NCBI GenBank assembly: GCA_951406725.2
Contig: OX597820.1
Location: 95,542,001 to 95,606,000, forward strand
Origin: Octopus vulgaris
Lineage: Eukaryota
Length of the DNA: 64,000 bases
Direction of reading: 5' to 3'
A program made the position numbers and the translations under genes. Each line of letters starts with the position of its first letter. Position 1 is the first letter of the stretch. Of this stretch, positions 12,237 through 24,862 are shown one piece after another. The notes beneath the pieces are model-generated. The model did not search any database and was not told the origin of the DNA. It saw nothing but the letters and a program-made list of their open reading frames with translations.

Positions 12237-13139
12237 CATTACATCTCCATCTATATGCATGTGTATGTGTGTATATGCGTGTATATGTTAATATGAGTGT
12301 ATGCGTGTGTATAAGGTGCATATGAGTACGTATCATGTACCTTTGCAACGTATGGGTTACGAGATTAACTGAATTTATTGATAATACATACGACTGTTGT
12401 AAACAAGCAAAATTATTGATGTTATCATGCTGAAGAGAGTAATACTACTTCGTAAATCAGAAATAGCTGAAAGCACTCTGCTGACTTCAGTGGTTTATGG
12501 TATATGAAAAAGAAACAAAGAAGTGTCTACAACGACAACAGCAATAACAACAACACCATTAAGAGGCAACAGCAGGGGGTACAATAATACGAACACAAAT
12601 CAAATTGCAATAACAAATGAAAATAATAACAATAATGTCAAAATTAATCAATAAGCTAACACTAGTGAAAAACGTGAACAAGAATATAACGATTTCCATA
12701 CAGGAAACTTTCAGTAAGGAAATCGTTATATGGTGGCTATAGGCGGTAAGGTTAGAGCGTCCAAAACTGCTTTGTGGTATCTGTTTTGGCTGTGTACATT
12801 CTGAGCTTAAATCCCACCTGGGTCACCTTTGATTTTCATCTTTTTGAGGTTCAAATCCCACCCCCCGTTTAACTTTATTTTTTTATCCTTACAAAGACGA
12901 TAAAATAAATTACCATTAACATAGTGGAAACGATTTTAATCATAATTTCTCTAACCCAAAATATGCGACCGTTGTTTCAACATTTTCAACTTAATTACTA
13001 AAACCACCATCAAAACCACCCCTCCCCTCCCACCTGTTCTATCATTATCATAATTCCCATCACCATTGCTAACATCATCATCACCAACGACAACAGTAAC
13101 ACTAACTAGTTCGGCATAGGATAGTATTTCTAGATACTA

Positions 13140-13510
13140 AAAGATCGCACATTTTGGGTGAGGAAGCGATCGATTTAAAAGCGATCCTTTTCATAAATGG
13201 TATTTTATTTCATCGAACTTAAAAAGATGAAGAGTAAAGCTGACCGGAGCAAGATTTGAATTCAGAACGTAGGCAGTCATAACTAAATATCGATTTCAAA
13301 TTTTGGCACAAGGCCGGCAATTTCGAGTGGAGTGGTTAGGTCGATTGCATCGACCCCAGTACTCAACTGATACTTATTTTCATCGACCCCCTAGAGGGTG
13401 AAAGGCAGTCAACTTCGGTGGAATTTGAAGTCAGAACGTGAAGACGACGAAATGCCGCTAAGCACTCCGCATTCCGCCCAGTATTCCGCATAGCTCACTG
13501 TCTTAGTCGT
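13140..13510 (-). mobile_element. Two degraded SINE family A copies
   Basis: Repeated GAAAGGCAGTCAACTTCGGTGGAATTTGAA-like cores. Confidence 0.7.
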
Positions 13511-14090
13511 AGCTAAATATTGCAAGGTATTTTAACTACTGCCTTATCATTTCTGCTCCAAAACAACAGTTAAAGACATTTACAACAACGACCTTAGATC
13601 TGGAACGTTCAATAAGAATTTTCAAGGCGATAATTCTTCAGATCTTAAAGTATTTTCAAATGCTGTTGTGGTGGTTATTAAAGACTATGTCATCAATTGC
13701 TCGAATACGATATATGATGAAAGATACTTCAAGCTGACCATCTCCGTAATATAATCCTTTTCCTCTTCTAAAACATCAGGGTGTGAGTTGAGGAAGAAGT
13801 AGTTACTATTTCTTGCATGTCGACATCTCCGTCATCGAACAACGACTAACAACGACACTTTCTATTGTAGTTGCGATGACATCATCATAATCATCATCAT
13901 CATCATCACCACAATCACAATCATGATCATCATCACCACTATCATGATTATCATCATCGTCGTCGTCGTCATCAACATCATCATCGTCGTCGTCGTCGAC
14001 ATCAACATCACCGTCATCATCGTCGTCGTCGTCGTCATCATCATCATCATCATCACTATCATTCTCTTCTCCTTCCTCTTCTAATGATTA

Positions 14091-14589
14091 CACTGTAACA
14101 CGATTTTTGTCCTTGGATAGCAACTCTTCCTATTTGCTTACACTCAGAAAGGATGAAAAATGGTTAATATTTCCTTGAAACTTTGATTTTGTTACATATG
14201 TTCAAATCCCATAGAATCCTTCTCAAATCATGGCTATAAAGCTCCCCCAGAGATACATATGTATGCTGAGATGCCTATATATGCTCAGAGATGCCTATAT
14301 TGTCAGCTATTTAGGGGCATGCTCAAGTGATTAAGGGCAGGCAACTGATAAACGAATCTGTTGTATTGAGCAGAATATTTGCTTTAATGATATTTCTGTT
14401 TCAGCTGATCAGCGCTGATTCTGAAATATAACAGAAAATAAGTCAGTTTCAAAACATTGATGTCCTGATTACAAAAGCGATTTGAAGGGAGCAGTAGTCA
14501 TTTCCTTTGATTTCTAGGTAAAAGAAAATAAGAAATAACATTTACTGACAAAAGACAAAAAAAAGCAATAAAAATTTTGTTACGCAGTG
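14091..14589. mobile_element. Non-autonomous TIR element (MITE-like), copy 1
   Basis: TA|CACTGTAACACGATTTT...AAAATTTTGTTACGCAGTG terminal inverted repeats. Homologous along its length to 27311-27757. Confidence 0.75.
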
Positions 14590-15439
14590 TTATCACTAGT
14601 GTCTCAGTCGTCCTCGTTGTCGGCGTTATTATCAACATCACCGTTGTCATCGTCACCAGCAGCAGCAGCCGTTCAAGTATTTAGACCTGGAGATCTCCCT
14701 TTCCAGCGACTTCGAGGGCCACCACCCAGTGGTGTCGAGCGTCATCAAAGAACCCTCGACTATAACAAGACGACCAAAGTTTTTTTTTCCAGGGTCTGGG
14801 GTCTCCTGCCTCTAAGCCCTAGACCATCACCTAATCACCCTTACCCGTCTTGTTGCTTAACAACAACAACACCACTACCGCCGCCACCACCGCCATCGTC
14901 TTCTGGTTCACCATAGTTTAGTAGATTTAGTACTGAAGAAAGGTTACACAATTTGGGAGAAGAAACAAACGATTAGAATTGATGCCATCTAATAAATGAT
15001 TCATTATTTCTTCGAGTGACGGAAAGTAACCTTAACTTGAGCTTGATTTGAATTTAGAACATAACCTAAATATTGTGAAGTACTTTAAACCACGAATATA
15101 CTAAGGCCAACTTCAGAAAGAATTTCGAAAGCGATATCTCATCAGATCTATGAGTTCTTTAGATTTTGAGAGTGCTAAAGAGTTTACAGCTGTTGTTACT
15201 TAAAATAATGACTACTTTGCTACCATTATCATCGTCATCGTCTCCGTTTTGGTCGTCGCCTCCACATCACCGTTATCAATACCATTTCAAAAACACCACC
15301 GACACCACTACCAACAACAAAAACAACTACAACAACACCAACAACAACATTCTCTGATTCAGCATGGTTTAGCAATCCTAATTAAAAATTCCTTCAGAAA
15401 ATGCAGCAACCAGTTTTCTGCCATTCATTCTACGCGAAT

Positions 15440-16021
15440 AAGGCGGCGAGCTGTCAGAATCGTTAGCAAGCCATACAAAATGCTTAGCGGTATTTCGTCT
15501 GCCGCTACGTTTTGAGTTCAAATTCCGCCGAGGTCGACTTTGCCTTTCATCTTTTCGGGGTCGATTAAATAAGTACCAGTTGCGCACTGGGGTTGATATA
15601 ATCGACTTAATCAGTTTGTCTGCCCTTGTTTGTCCTCTCTGTGTTTAACCCCTTGTGGATAATAAAGAAATAGGTATTTCGTCTGCCGCTACGTTCTGAG
15701 TTCAAATTCCGCCGAGGTCGACTTTGCCTTTCATCCTTCTGGGGTCGATAAATTAAGTACCAGTTAAGCACTGGGGTCGAGATAATCGACTTAATCCGTT
15801 TGTCTGTCCTTGTTTGTCTCCTATTTGTGTAGCCCCTTGTGGGCAGTAAAAAAATAGGTATTTCGTTTGTCTTTATCTCCTGAGTTCAAATTCCACCGAG
15901 GTTGACTTAGCCTTTCATCCTTTCGGGGTCAATAAATTAAGTATCAGTTACGCACTCGGATCGATCTAATCGACTTACTCGCTCCCACAAAATTTCGGGC
16001 CTTGTGCCTAGAGCACAAAAG
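15440..16021 (+). mobile_element. SINE family A trimer with a 16-bp TSD
   Basis: GGTATTTCGT recurs at 15489, 15673 and 15857 (184-bp period). TSD TTCATTCTAC(G/A)CGAAT at 15424-15439 and 16022-16037. Confidence 0.9.
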
Positions 16022-16156
16022 TTCATTCTACACGAATCTAATATGAAACTATAAATACTGTTTCAAACGATTTGATTCAAGACATCTTTAGGTCTTCCTT
16101 TTTTTAAATGAACAAGTATGAATTTGCGGTGAATAGCCAACGTTAGGAGGTGCATA

Positions 16157-16474
16157 ATGTACTGATCCGTGATAGAATATTCAACAAGTACTGTCATATG
16201 ATTGGCGTGATTGCTTGTTAAGTTGAGTGACTCTAAAGATTCAACCAAGTTTCACATTATTATGGATTTATACGACATGAATTACTCTACTATTTAATCT
16301 TTTAGTTCTTTATGATATGTAGTTTGCGCCCGAAGAATATGTTTGAGTTCCCTCAGCATATGAAACTATTAGTAGCGCTTTAATACATGTATTGTGACCT
16401 TTAAATAAATAATATTTATCTCCTCTCACCAGGTGGAGTACTTATTTTGCTGAATTTTCTATCACGGATCAGTA

Positions 16475-16478
<4 letters not shown>
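16157..16478 (+). mobile_element. Penelope-like pseudo-LTR remnant with an inverted terminal copy
   Basis: 31-bp inverted repeat (16157-16187 vs 16447-16477, 2 mismatches) enclosing a hammerhead motif. Ends at a (TA)n array. Confidence 0.6.
16326..16378 (+). ncRNA. Type I hammerhead ribozyme motif, U4C core variant
   Basis: GCGC-CCGAAGA-ATATGTTTGAG ttcc CTCAGCATAT-GAAA-CT att AG-TA|GCGC. All three stems form, with a GUA cleavage triplet. Confidence 0.75.
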
Positions 16479-16509
<31 letters not shown>

Positions 16510-16511
<2 letters not shown>

Positions 16512-16803
16512 ACCGTGATCACCGTGACCGACCAGACTATCAGATGTTGCTACACATCGCTGGTCACAATGCGCTTTGCATTGTTTTAGCCTTCAAATGA
16601 CGCCACCCCGCTGGCTAAGCGAGCAGGCCAACAGAAGAAAGAGTGAAAGTTGTGGCGAAAGAGTACAGCAGGGACTGCCACCAACCCCTGCCGGAGCCTC
16701 GTGGAGCTCAATAAACACACACAACGCCCGGTCTGGGAATCGAAACTGCGATCCTACGACCGCGAGTCCGCTGCCCTAACCACTGGGCCATTGCGCCTCC
16801 ACA
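16510..16803 (-). mobile_element. tRNA-derived SINE family D (body type 1)
   Basis: GGAGGCGCAATGGCCCAGTGGTTAGGGCAGCGGACTCGCGGTC...GTTTCGATTCCC head, shared with 24553-24862. Confidence 0.85.
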
Positions 16804-17924
16804 CACACACACAAACACACACACACACACATATATATATTTATTTCCTCTTTTATCTTTTATTTGTACCAGTTATTAGACTGGTGCCATACTGGGGTAC
16901 TGCCTTGAAGAATTTTATCGACACTTTTGCTGAATAGCTAACTTACCAGACCATAAACACTCCAACACCAGTTGTCAAGTGGTGGTGTGGGTATAAACAC
17001 GCACGCACGCACGCACACACACACACATACACACAACACTACGACGCAGTTTAGAATTCTCAATAGAGTTAGTATTCGTTATTAAAAACAATATCATCGT
17101 AAATAGTTAAATAATGTTACATACATAATGAGAGGGAAGCGAAGATGGCTGAAATGCAGATATATAAGGATAATATAATCTTAGCATTACTTATACTAAA
17201 GCAATGGGCATGCATGCACAAATGTGCCCCACCGACTTTGTTTCTTCATAATTTACAGAAAAATGGATATTTTTTTATATGAAATTTTCTACAAATATGC
17301 TTCAGATGGCATAGGTTCCGATTATAATTGAATTTATTGTGAGAAAAAAAATCTTTTCGGTGAAATAAGGAGAGGAGTTAGATTTGTGCCTCATAATTTC
17401 TAAAAACATGGGTATTTTTAAATGAAAATTTCGACGAATACTTTTCTGAGCGTGTAAAAAATGATTTGACAGGAATTTAATACGAAAATAAAGCTTGGTG
17501 GGATAGCACACATATATACTGACACACATTACATTTTTTCGAAAATATATTTCAAAATAAATTCTGACATAATTGGAATCTGCATTTACCCATTAATGTC
17601 ATATGTATAGGGAATGTACAGGTTACTCTGGTCAGTTACGGTATGTCATCGCACATGGCTTACTGGAAGTTCAGATTAAACATGTATTTAAAAAAAATAT
17701 ATATAATTTAGATATATTTCTTCGTTGCTTAATGTCGAACGAACGGGATAGGCGTGCTCAGTACATGTTGAAGAACTACTATAAGGAACTGGAGGATGTT
17801 GTACTTGCTGGTGTTGTTTGTTGTGGTGGTGGTGGTTATGATGGTGATGATGACAATAGTGATGATGATGATTACTTTTTATTGAAACTAAATCGGAGAG
17901 TTTGTCTCACGACTTGAGTTTCCC

Positions 17925-18008
<84 letters not shown>

Positions 18009-18009
18009 C

Positions 18010-18056
<47 letters not shown>

Positions 18057-18065
18057 CCTACCTAC

Positions 18066-18139
<74 letters not shown>

Positions 18140-18140
18140 G
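17925..18140. repeat. (TATC)n microsatellite
   Basis: Directly visible. Confidence 0.95.
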
Positions 18141-18364
18141 TATATCTGTCAGTCTCACTGTCTGTCTGTCTGTATGTTTATTTCTAATTCTTTAACTCGT
18201 TTTAGTCAGTAAACTGCACTCATACTGAGGCACCGCCTTGACTAGTTTAGGCGATGGAACTGATTGTAATACTTAATTTAAGTTAAGGAGTTATCCTATC
18301 AGTCTCTATATTCTGAAGTGCTAGGATACAACTATGTGAGCATAGAACGAAAAAGGAAAACACG

Positions 18365-18406
<42 letters not shown>

Positions 18407-18420
18407 CATTTATTGAATAA

Positions 18421-18618
18421 CAATGTGAAAAGGGAAAGTTAACGAACCGTTATATATTTTAGGCTGAAAAGCCGAAGTTCGAGCTTAAGTAGAATCTGCT
18501 ATTTAGCAATCAAAATGTCAAGATCTACATAAACTCACATTTCCAAGACGTTCCCTTCTGAAGATAGTTCTTTGTGCCCGAATATATAATGATTAATTGA
18601 CTTTCCCATTTCACATTG
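18421..18618. mobile_element. Old inverted-repeat element, probable PLE pLTR remnant
   Basis: About 43-bp diverged inverted arms (CAATGTGAAAAGGGAAAG... / ...CTTTCCCATTTCACATTG), with a decayed CTGAAGA...GCCCGAATATATA motif near 18558-18590. Confidence 0.45.
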
Positions 18619-19687
18619 CTAGACGCTCCCTCTCTACATCATTTGTTATTTTACTTCTTTATCACAATGCTTTAACCAAACTACAATGTGCATACTTCAC
18701 ATGTACATACATACGAATATATATTTATACACACATATATAAACACACACACAAACACACACACATATATACATATAGGTTTGTATATGTATATATATAC
18801 AAATATTCACATATACATATAAATATAGGCACATGAAGAATTTGAATTAATCACGCGAGTAGGTTTTTTTCCTAAGCCAGAAGCTTTTTTATTTTGATTA
18901 TTTTTCTTCATAAAATGGTTTACAATAGAGATTCGCAGAGTATTTTATTTTTGTTTTCGCAATTTGAGGATGCTGAATTTATGTTGCAATATAAATATAA
19001 TAAATAAAGAAATACATAGCGTAAGAATCAAATTATATATACAATCTATATTGGTTCCCTTATTGGAAGAATTCTACGGAAGATGATTAAATTACATTTG
19101 AAATTTAGAATAAGCAAATTATAATTTGAAAACAAACCTTAAAAAAATAAACAAATATGTTAAGTGAAACGATAAAGTAGAGCAATGTTCGATATCGACA
19201 AGCATGTGTACTTTTGTATTCGCCCATTGTCCATGAAAGACAGCTTGTTATATACAATATTATTGAAACTAAGCAACTATATTTGTTGTACAATATCTGC
19301 TCGATCACCAATTACAACAGCTGTCTCTATGACAGTGGCAAGATAAAAGCTACAACAAAGGAACAACGAAAATACATAACAAAATAATCTACGTAAAAAT
19401 ACCACAAGAATATGAAATACTGCAATCAATCCTTAACGTTAGCAGTCAATCAACGATAGCTCAATTAGTTGAAAAATCAAAATTTCGGTATTCGTTAATC
19501 TAACGAATACATGGAAGCATGCATGCATGCGCATGGAGTCATCTGCAATACTCACAATATAATAAATGTGTCATTATTGACTCACTTACAAAATAATGAA
19601 GACAAAATGCCACCGAATAACAATATCTAATTGCCAATCAGGCCTATCTACACATTAAGCTAAAATGTAATTCATATTACTCCATTT

Positions 19688-20103
19688 GGATCTTTTCGGT
19701 TTGAACGGCAGTTTTTTAAAAATAATTTCCACGTAACTAAACACTTTTAAACTTCGTATACTGGTAGAATGTGTTTATAAAACATCTTTTTCTCTTGGGT
19801 TTATTGAGAAAATTCTATAGTTTGTAAGATATTTGTTGTTTTTTTCTTCAATTTCTGCAATTTCAACCAATCAATGACGTCTATTGAGGTGAAAACATTC
19901 TGTGCCGTATGAATATGTCCCTCGTTTAAGAAACAGATTGGGTTTATTTACATTTGTGAAGAATAAAGATACCCTTCCCCCACCCCTAACCCTAACCCTA
20001 AAACAGATTGAAATGCAATAGATCGATACTAGGGTCATAATTATGGGTGACAATTTCATATGACACCGCTAGAAAAAAACTGCCATTCAAACCGAAAAGA
20101 CCC
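19688..20103. mobile_element. MITE with ~30-bp TIRs, a 7-8-bp TSD and internal telomere-like repeats
   Basis: GGATCTTTTCGGTTTGAACGGCAGTTTTTT / AAAAAAACTGCCATTCAAACCGAAAAGACCC, with (C)TCCATTT on both flanks and (CCCTAA)3 near 19985-20002. Confidence 0.9.
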
Positions 20104-20387
20104 TCCATTTCAATCTCTACTGTAAATAGACTTGAGGTAAAAACAACACTTCGCTTTGTTTGTTTAAATAAGAAACTGTTATCACAAAACTTCAACTCGT
20201 TCAAAATGTGTTGCACCGAGCTAAAAACTTATACTAGTATTTAATTTTGTTACTAAGACATCGATAAATCAATCGCCAATTCAGTTAGTGTTAGCTATTT
20301 GTTACATGTGCATTAGCTATTTTTGGTAGAAATACTGTATGGGAATAACAACACAAACGAAGCAATATTAATCATTCGATGATATTT

Positions 20388-20600
20388 TGAGCTGGCAGAA
20401 TCTTAGCACGCCGGGCAAAATGCTTAGCGGCATTTCGTTCGTCTTTACGTTCTGAGTTCAAATTCCGCCGAATTCGAGTTTGTATTCATCCTTTCGCCGT
20501 CGAGAATATCACAACTAGTTGAACACTATAGTCGAGGTAATTGACTTACCCATCCTTCGAAACTGCTGGCTTTGTGCCAAATATTTGAAACCTATATTTT
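20388..20600 (+). mobile_element. SINE family A, partly degraded
   Basis: GAGCTGGCAGAATCTTAGCACGCCGGGC...GAGTTCAAATTCCGCCG. Confidence 0.8.
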
Positions 20601-20768
20601 GATTATTACGGCAAGTAAGAGATACGAACGTAGAATGTTTCGGCTTCATTATGCGACACTCCTCAGCGGGTAGGCAACCATAGTTTAGCCTACCCTTAAT
20701 AGCATATTCTCTATGCAGAAGGCACCCATGGGGACATTTTTCCATATCAGCTATACATACATACATGA

Positions 20769-20799
<31 letters not shown>

Positions 20800-20805
20800 C
20801 ATACA

Positions 20806-20837
<32 letters not shown>

Positions 20838-21149
20838 CATACATATATACACGTAAATACATGCATACATACATAAATACATACATAAATACATACAATC
20901 ACACATATATCTGGTATGAGAAATATTTTGTGAGGTCATGACTTTCCACACTGATCTCTCCCAATGACATGTCATCCTTCATCACTGCAACTCTCACTAC
21001 TCGTCCATGTTACGTCAAAAAGGCAACGATGTGCCAAGACTTGATATCATTGGCAGTGCCTCCCATGGTTACCTTCGTGTTATGTTGGCCTATGTACAGC
21101 TGTGCATGGGCAGGTGTGACGCTTATCAATTCAGCATACTTCTTGGCTC

Positions 21150-21530
21150 CGCCCCCATTCCCCAAGACGTACTCGTGTTATCTCGTTCAATAGACAAAAT
21201 GTTCTTCCACTCATCAGTTAGTACCGGTTTTATTTCTTCTTTAGAAAGCATAAAAGCATATAAGTATACCAATTTTCTCTTTTCTTGTTCTGGGAGAAAA
21301 TCTTGCGGGTGAGGAGAGAGAGCTATTGTGAAATACAATTCTGCCAAATTTGCATCTCCAACAGAGACCTACCCAAGTCCCAGAATCTTCTTGTTTGAAT
21401 GCAATGTTTGCAAATATATATGTGCAAAGCTGTGAATTGCTCTTGCTGTCATAGTTACTATTATTGTTGCACGAATCTTCAAAGTAGCTCTTATTTGTAT
21501 CAGAGACACCAGATATATCATTATTTAAAA
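21150..21530 (-). mobile_element. Highly degraded Penelope-like 3' end (GIY-YIG C-terminus plus hammerhead remnant)
   Basis: Fragments NIAFK..KILG..NLAELYF..QNKKRE resemble PLE C-termini. They are followed by CTAA-CTGATGA-GTG...CAC-GAGTACGTC-TTGG (21162-21221). Confidence 0.4.
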
Positions 21531-21849
21531 AAATAATGAATTTATAATCATTTTCCCTTTTTTTATGCATTATCTATGAAAATGTATTTTTGCTTATCTT
21601 CTTTCTTTTTATTGTTTTATCGCCATGTTATAAAAATACGATAGAAATTTAATAAAGTGAAGCTAAGTATTCCAATAAAGTGTCTTCTTTTGTGCCAAAG
21701 GAGTCCCTCAAGTTAAATTACTAAATATCTTTGGCTGCAATTGCAGCTACATTAAATTAGAAAACTTATCCGCTATTAAAGTACACTTAAATTTCAAAAC
21801 TACAGAGCTGGAAGAAAACATTTGGCGCGAGAAGCTATGATAATAATAT

Positions 21850-22079
<230 letters not shown>

Positions 22080-22081
<2 letters not shown>

Positions 22082-23532
22082 GAAATTCGGACTGAGAAAG
22101 TGTGGTGTGTTAGTATGAAGAGAGCCAAAATCAAATGTATGGACAGACTAACAATACTGCCGGGGGGCGTCATGAAGCAGATAGAAGAGACGGGCTATAA
22201 TTACTTGAGGATTTTGGAAATAGATAAATTAATGGAGAAAGAATTGAAAGAAAAATTAAGGTGGCGTACTTACGCAGACAGAGACTGATTCTTAAGTCGA
22301 AATTAAACGGACGGAGTGAGATCGAAACTATCAACACCTGGGCGGTTTCACTCCTTAGATATGGAGCAGGGGTAATCGCATGGACAGTAGACGAACTAAA
22401 CAGCTTAGACAGAAAGACAAGGAAGTTGCTAACTAGATATGGGTCACTCCACTCAAAAAGTGACACAGACAGACTGTATGTACCAAGAAAAAGAGGGGGA
22501 AGAGGACTTATTGGATGCGAGCGCAGCATTAAAGCAGACGAAAACAACATAGCATGGTATGTAAAAAATTCCACAGAACCGCTAATATTAGAAGTAGGAA
22601 GGTCAGGTTTGTGTAGGATGAAAGATTGCAAAGATAAAGCACTATACAAGAAATTGAAAATGAATGAAACTGAAAATAGGTGGGTAAAGAAAAGAATATA
22701 TGGTCAATTTCATAGGGATGCAGAAGATAAGACAGGCAGAGAAAAAAGATGGCTGTGAATGATTTAAAACCGGAAACGGAGGCTCTATTTGTGCTGCCCA
22801 AGAGCAAGCACTAAGAACAAACTACATAAAATACAGAGTAGACAGCACAGCAGAAAGTGATAACTGTAGAATCTGTGGACAAAACGGTGAAACCGTATAG
22901 TATATTACCAGCCAATGTACGCCTCTAGCCCAGAAGGAATATAAGAGACGCCACAACAATATAGCCAGGCTTGTCCATTGGACACTTTATAACAAGTATG
23001 GACTTGACAGAGCAAAAATTGGTACGACCACAAACCTGAAGGCTTCGTCGGAAATAGAAATGCAAAGATCGTATGGGATTTTATGATTAGGTGCGACCAT
23101 GAGATTGAAAATAGGAAGCCGTATATAGTCTTAACTGAGAAAGAAAACAAACTATGCTGGGTCATAGACATAGCATGCCCAGCTGACAACAAGGTATGCG
23201 ATAAGGAAGAAAGAAAAATCGAGAGATATGATAGGTTAGCTTGGGAAGTTAAACAATTGTGGTCGATGAAAAAGGTAGCAGTAGTACCAATAATTGTCGG
23301 AGCCCTGGCAACAGTGAGCAAAAATCTCGAGAAGCACGTCGAACAAATAGGGGCTGCATTAAGGGTGGAGCACTTGCAGAAAACAGCACTGCTTGGAACC
23401 GCTCGAATACTCTTGAAGGTGCTCGAAAAAGAAGATGCGTTACCTTCACTGGTAGTGAACAGCGGACACAGTGTTAGAAGCTGTGCAAAGCAATAATGAT
23501 AATAATAATGATGATAATAATAATAATAATAT
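22080..23532 (+). mobile_element. 5'-truncated R4/Dong-clade LINE (RT thumb, CCHC zinc knuckle, restriction-like endonuclease)
   Basis: MKFGLRKC...YNYL.I...INTWAVSLLRYGAG...SDTDRLYVPRKRGGRGL...CAAQEQALRT...CRICGQNGETV*YITSQC...YKRRHNN...RKPYIV...IDIACP...K.ERY..L...VVPIIVGAL...LQKTALLGTARIL. Has frameshifts and an (AAT)n tail. Confidence 0.95.
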
Positions 23533-24552
23533 TTTTATTCGCCAAGAAAGGCTAAAAGAGTACAAAAGTGCGAAGGAACATTAACGAAGTGTGTTAATGA
23601 GAAAACGTATGGGGTGGTCGAACATAATAGAAACAACAACATCCATAAAAGATAAATTCAACTTCGGAAAATTGAATTATTCCGCTTTTATTATTATAAT
23701 CATTGCAGACACGCAGGCGCTTGCATGCGCGTGCATACACACGCATGTGTGTACATTCGATAAGACGTACTTCAACGGCAAGTCAGTCTGTTTAGTGGGT
23801 TGCACGATTGATTTTGTATAGATATACAATACTGGGAATATGTACTGTCTACACTTAACATGACACACACTAATTATATGGTAGGAAATACTATAAACAT
23901 CAAATTAATTATAGAAAATCACATTTCATACAATTATTTAATATTCATTGGAACAAGGCAAAGACGGTGGATGCTATCAATCGGCGTCAATCATAGTCAA
24001 GCAAACGCCATCTCGAAAGGAATCCAGTCAACAGTCGAGAGAACCAGCCATTGGGGTATGACTGAAAAGGCATGATGAAACCTTGTGGGAGAGGAGATAT
24101 ATAGGTATGAGGCACGTACCTATTTACTGATATAGCAAGTCAGACGTGCATGACTCCAGAGTCTGAATGGTGCTGACGGTCTCGAGATCAAGGACTTGAG
24201 AGTCGGTCGAATAGGCGGGGCCTCACATCAATGAGATGTGTTGGGAGCGATACACTGTAAAACTGTTGAGAGAAAGGCCCCAAAACGATGCGCATTCTCT
24301 CTTGATAAACTTTGAAACCTACTGGCGTCTGGTATGCGGATTTTTTGATTGACAGCATTAAGCTCAAATAAGCTGTTTTCAAGACTTTTTGCAAAGAAAA
24401 CCCACTCTAATTCTGTACATTATTAGTTTCATTTAACTGCCATAAATGACAGACGAGTTTGATGTATGAAGGTGAGAATAGAGAAAGAAGTGATAAGTTT
24501 TCATTCTAACTCAGTAGAGCTCTGATGATCCTGTGGAATCAGAATCACTAAT

Positions 24553-24862
24553 TTTTGTTTGTTTGTTCCTTCTCGAGCTACGCCTGGCTCATAGGGCCGG
24601 TTTCCCAGTTTCTTTGGCGTATAGGTTTCCCACCTGGACGGGACGCCGGTCCGTCGCAGGTGAGCTGCAAGATGCAGGAGGAAAGAATGAGAGAAAGTTG
24701 TGGTGAAAGAGTCAGCAGAAGTTCGCCATTACTTTCTGCCGGAGCCGCGTGGAGCTTAGGTATTTCGCTCATAAACACACACATCGCCCGGTCTGAGATT
24801 CGAACCCGCGATCCCTCGACCGCGAGTCCGCTGCTCTAATCACTAGGCCATGTGCCTCCACA
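24553..24862 (-). mobile_element. tRNA-derived SINE family D (body type 2, V-domain-like) with a 13-bp TSD
   Basis: Same head as 16510-16803. Body contains CCTGCGACGGACCGGCGTCCCGTCCAGG and an (AAAC)n tail. TSD CAGAATCACTAAT at 24540-24552 and 24861-24873. Confidence 0.9.

Noticed and set aside
16730-16803. tRNA-like sequences here and at other SINE heads
   Set aside because: A/B boxes continue into SINE bodies and there is no complete acceptor stem; not tRNA genes.
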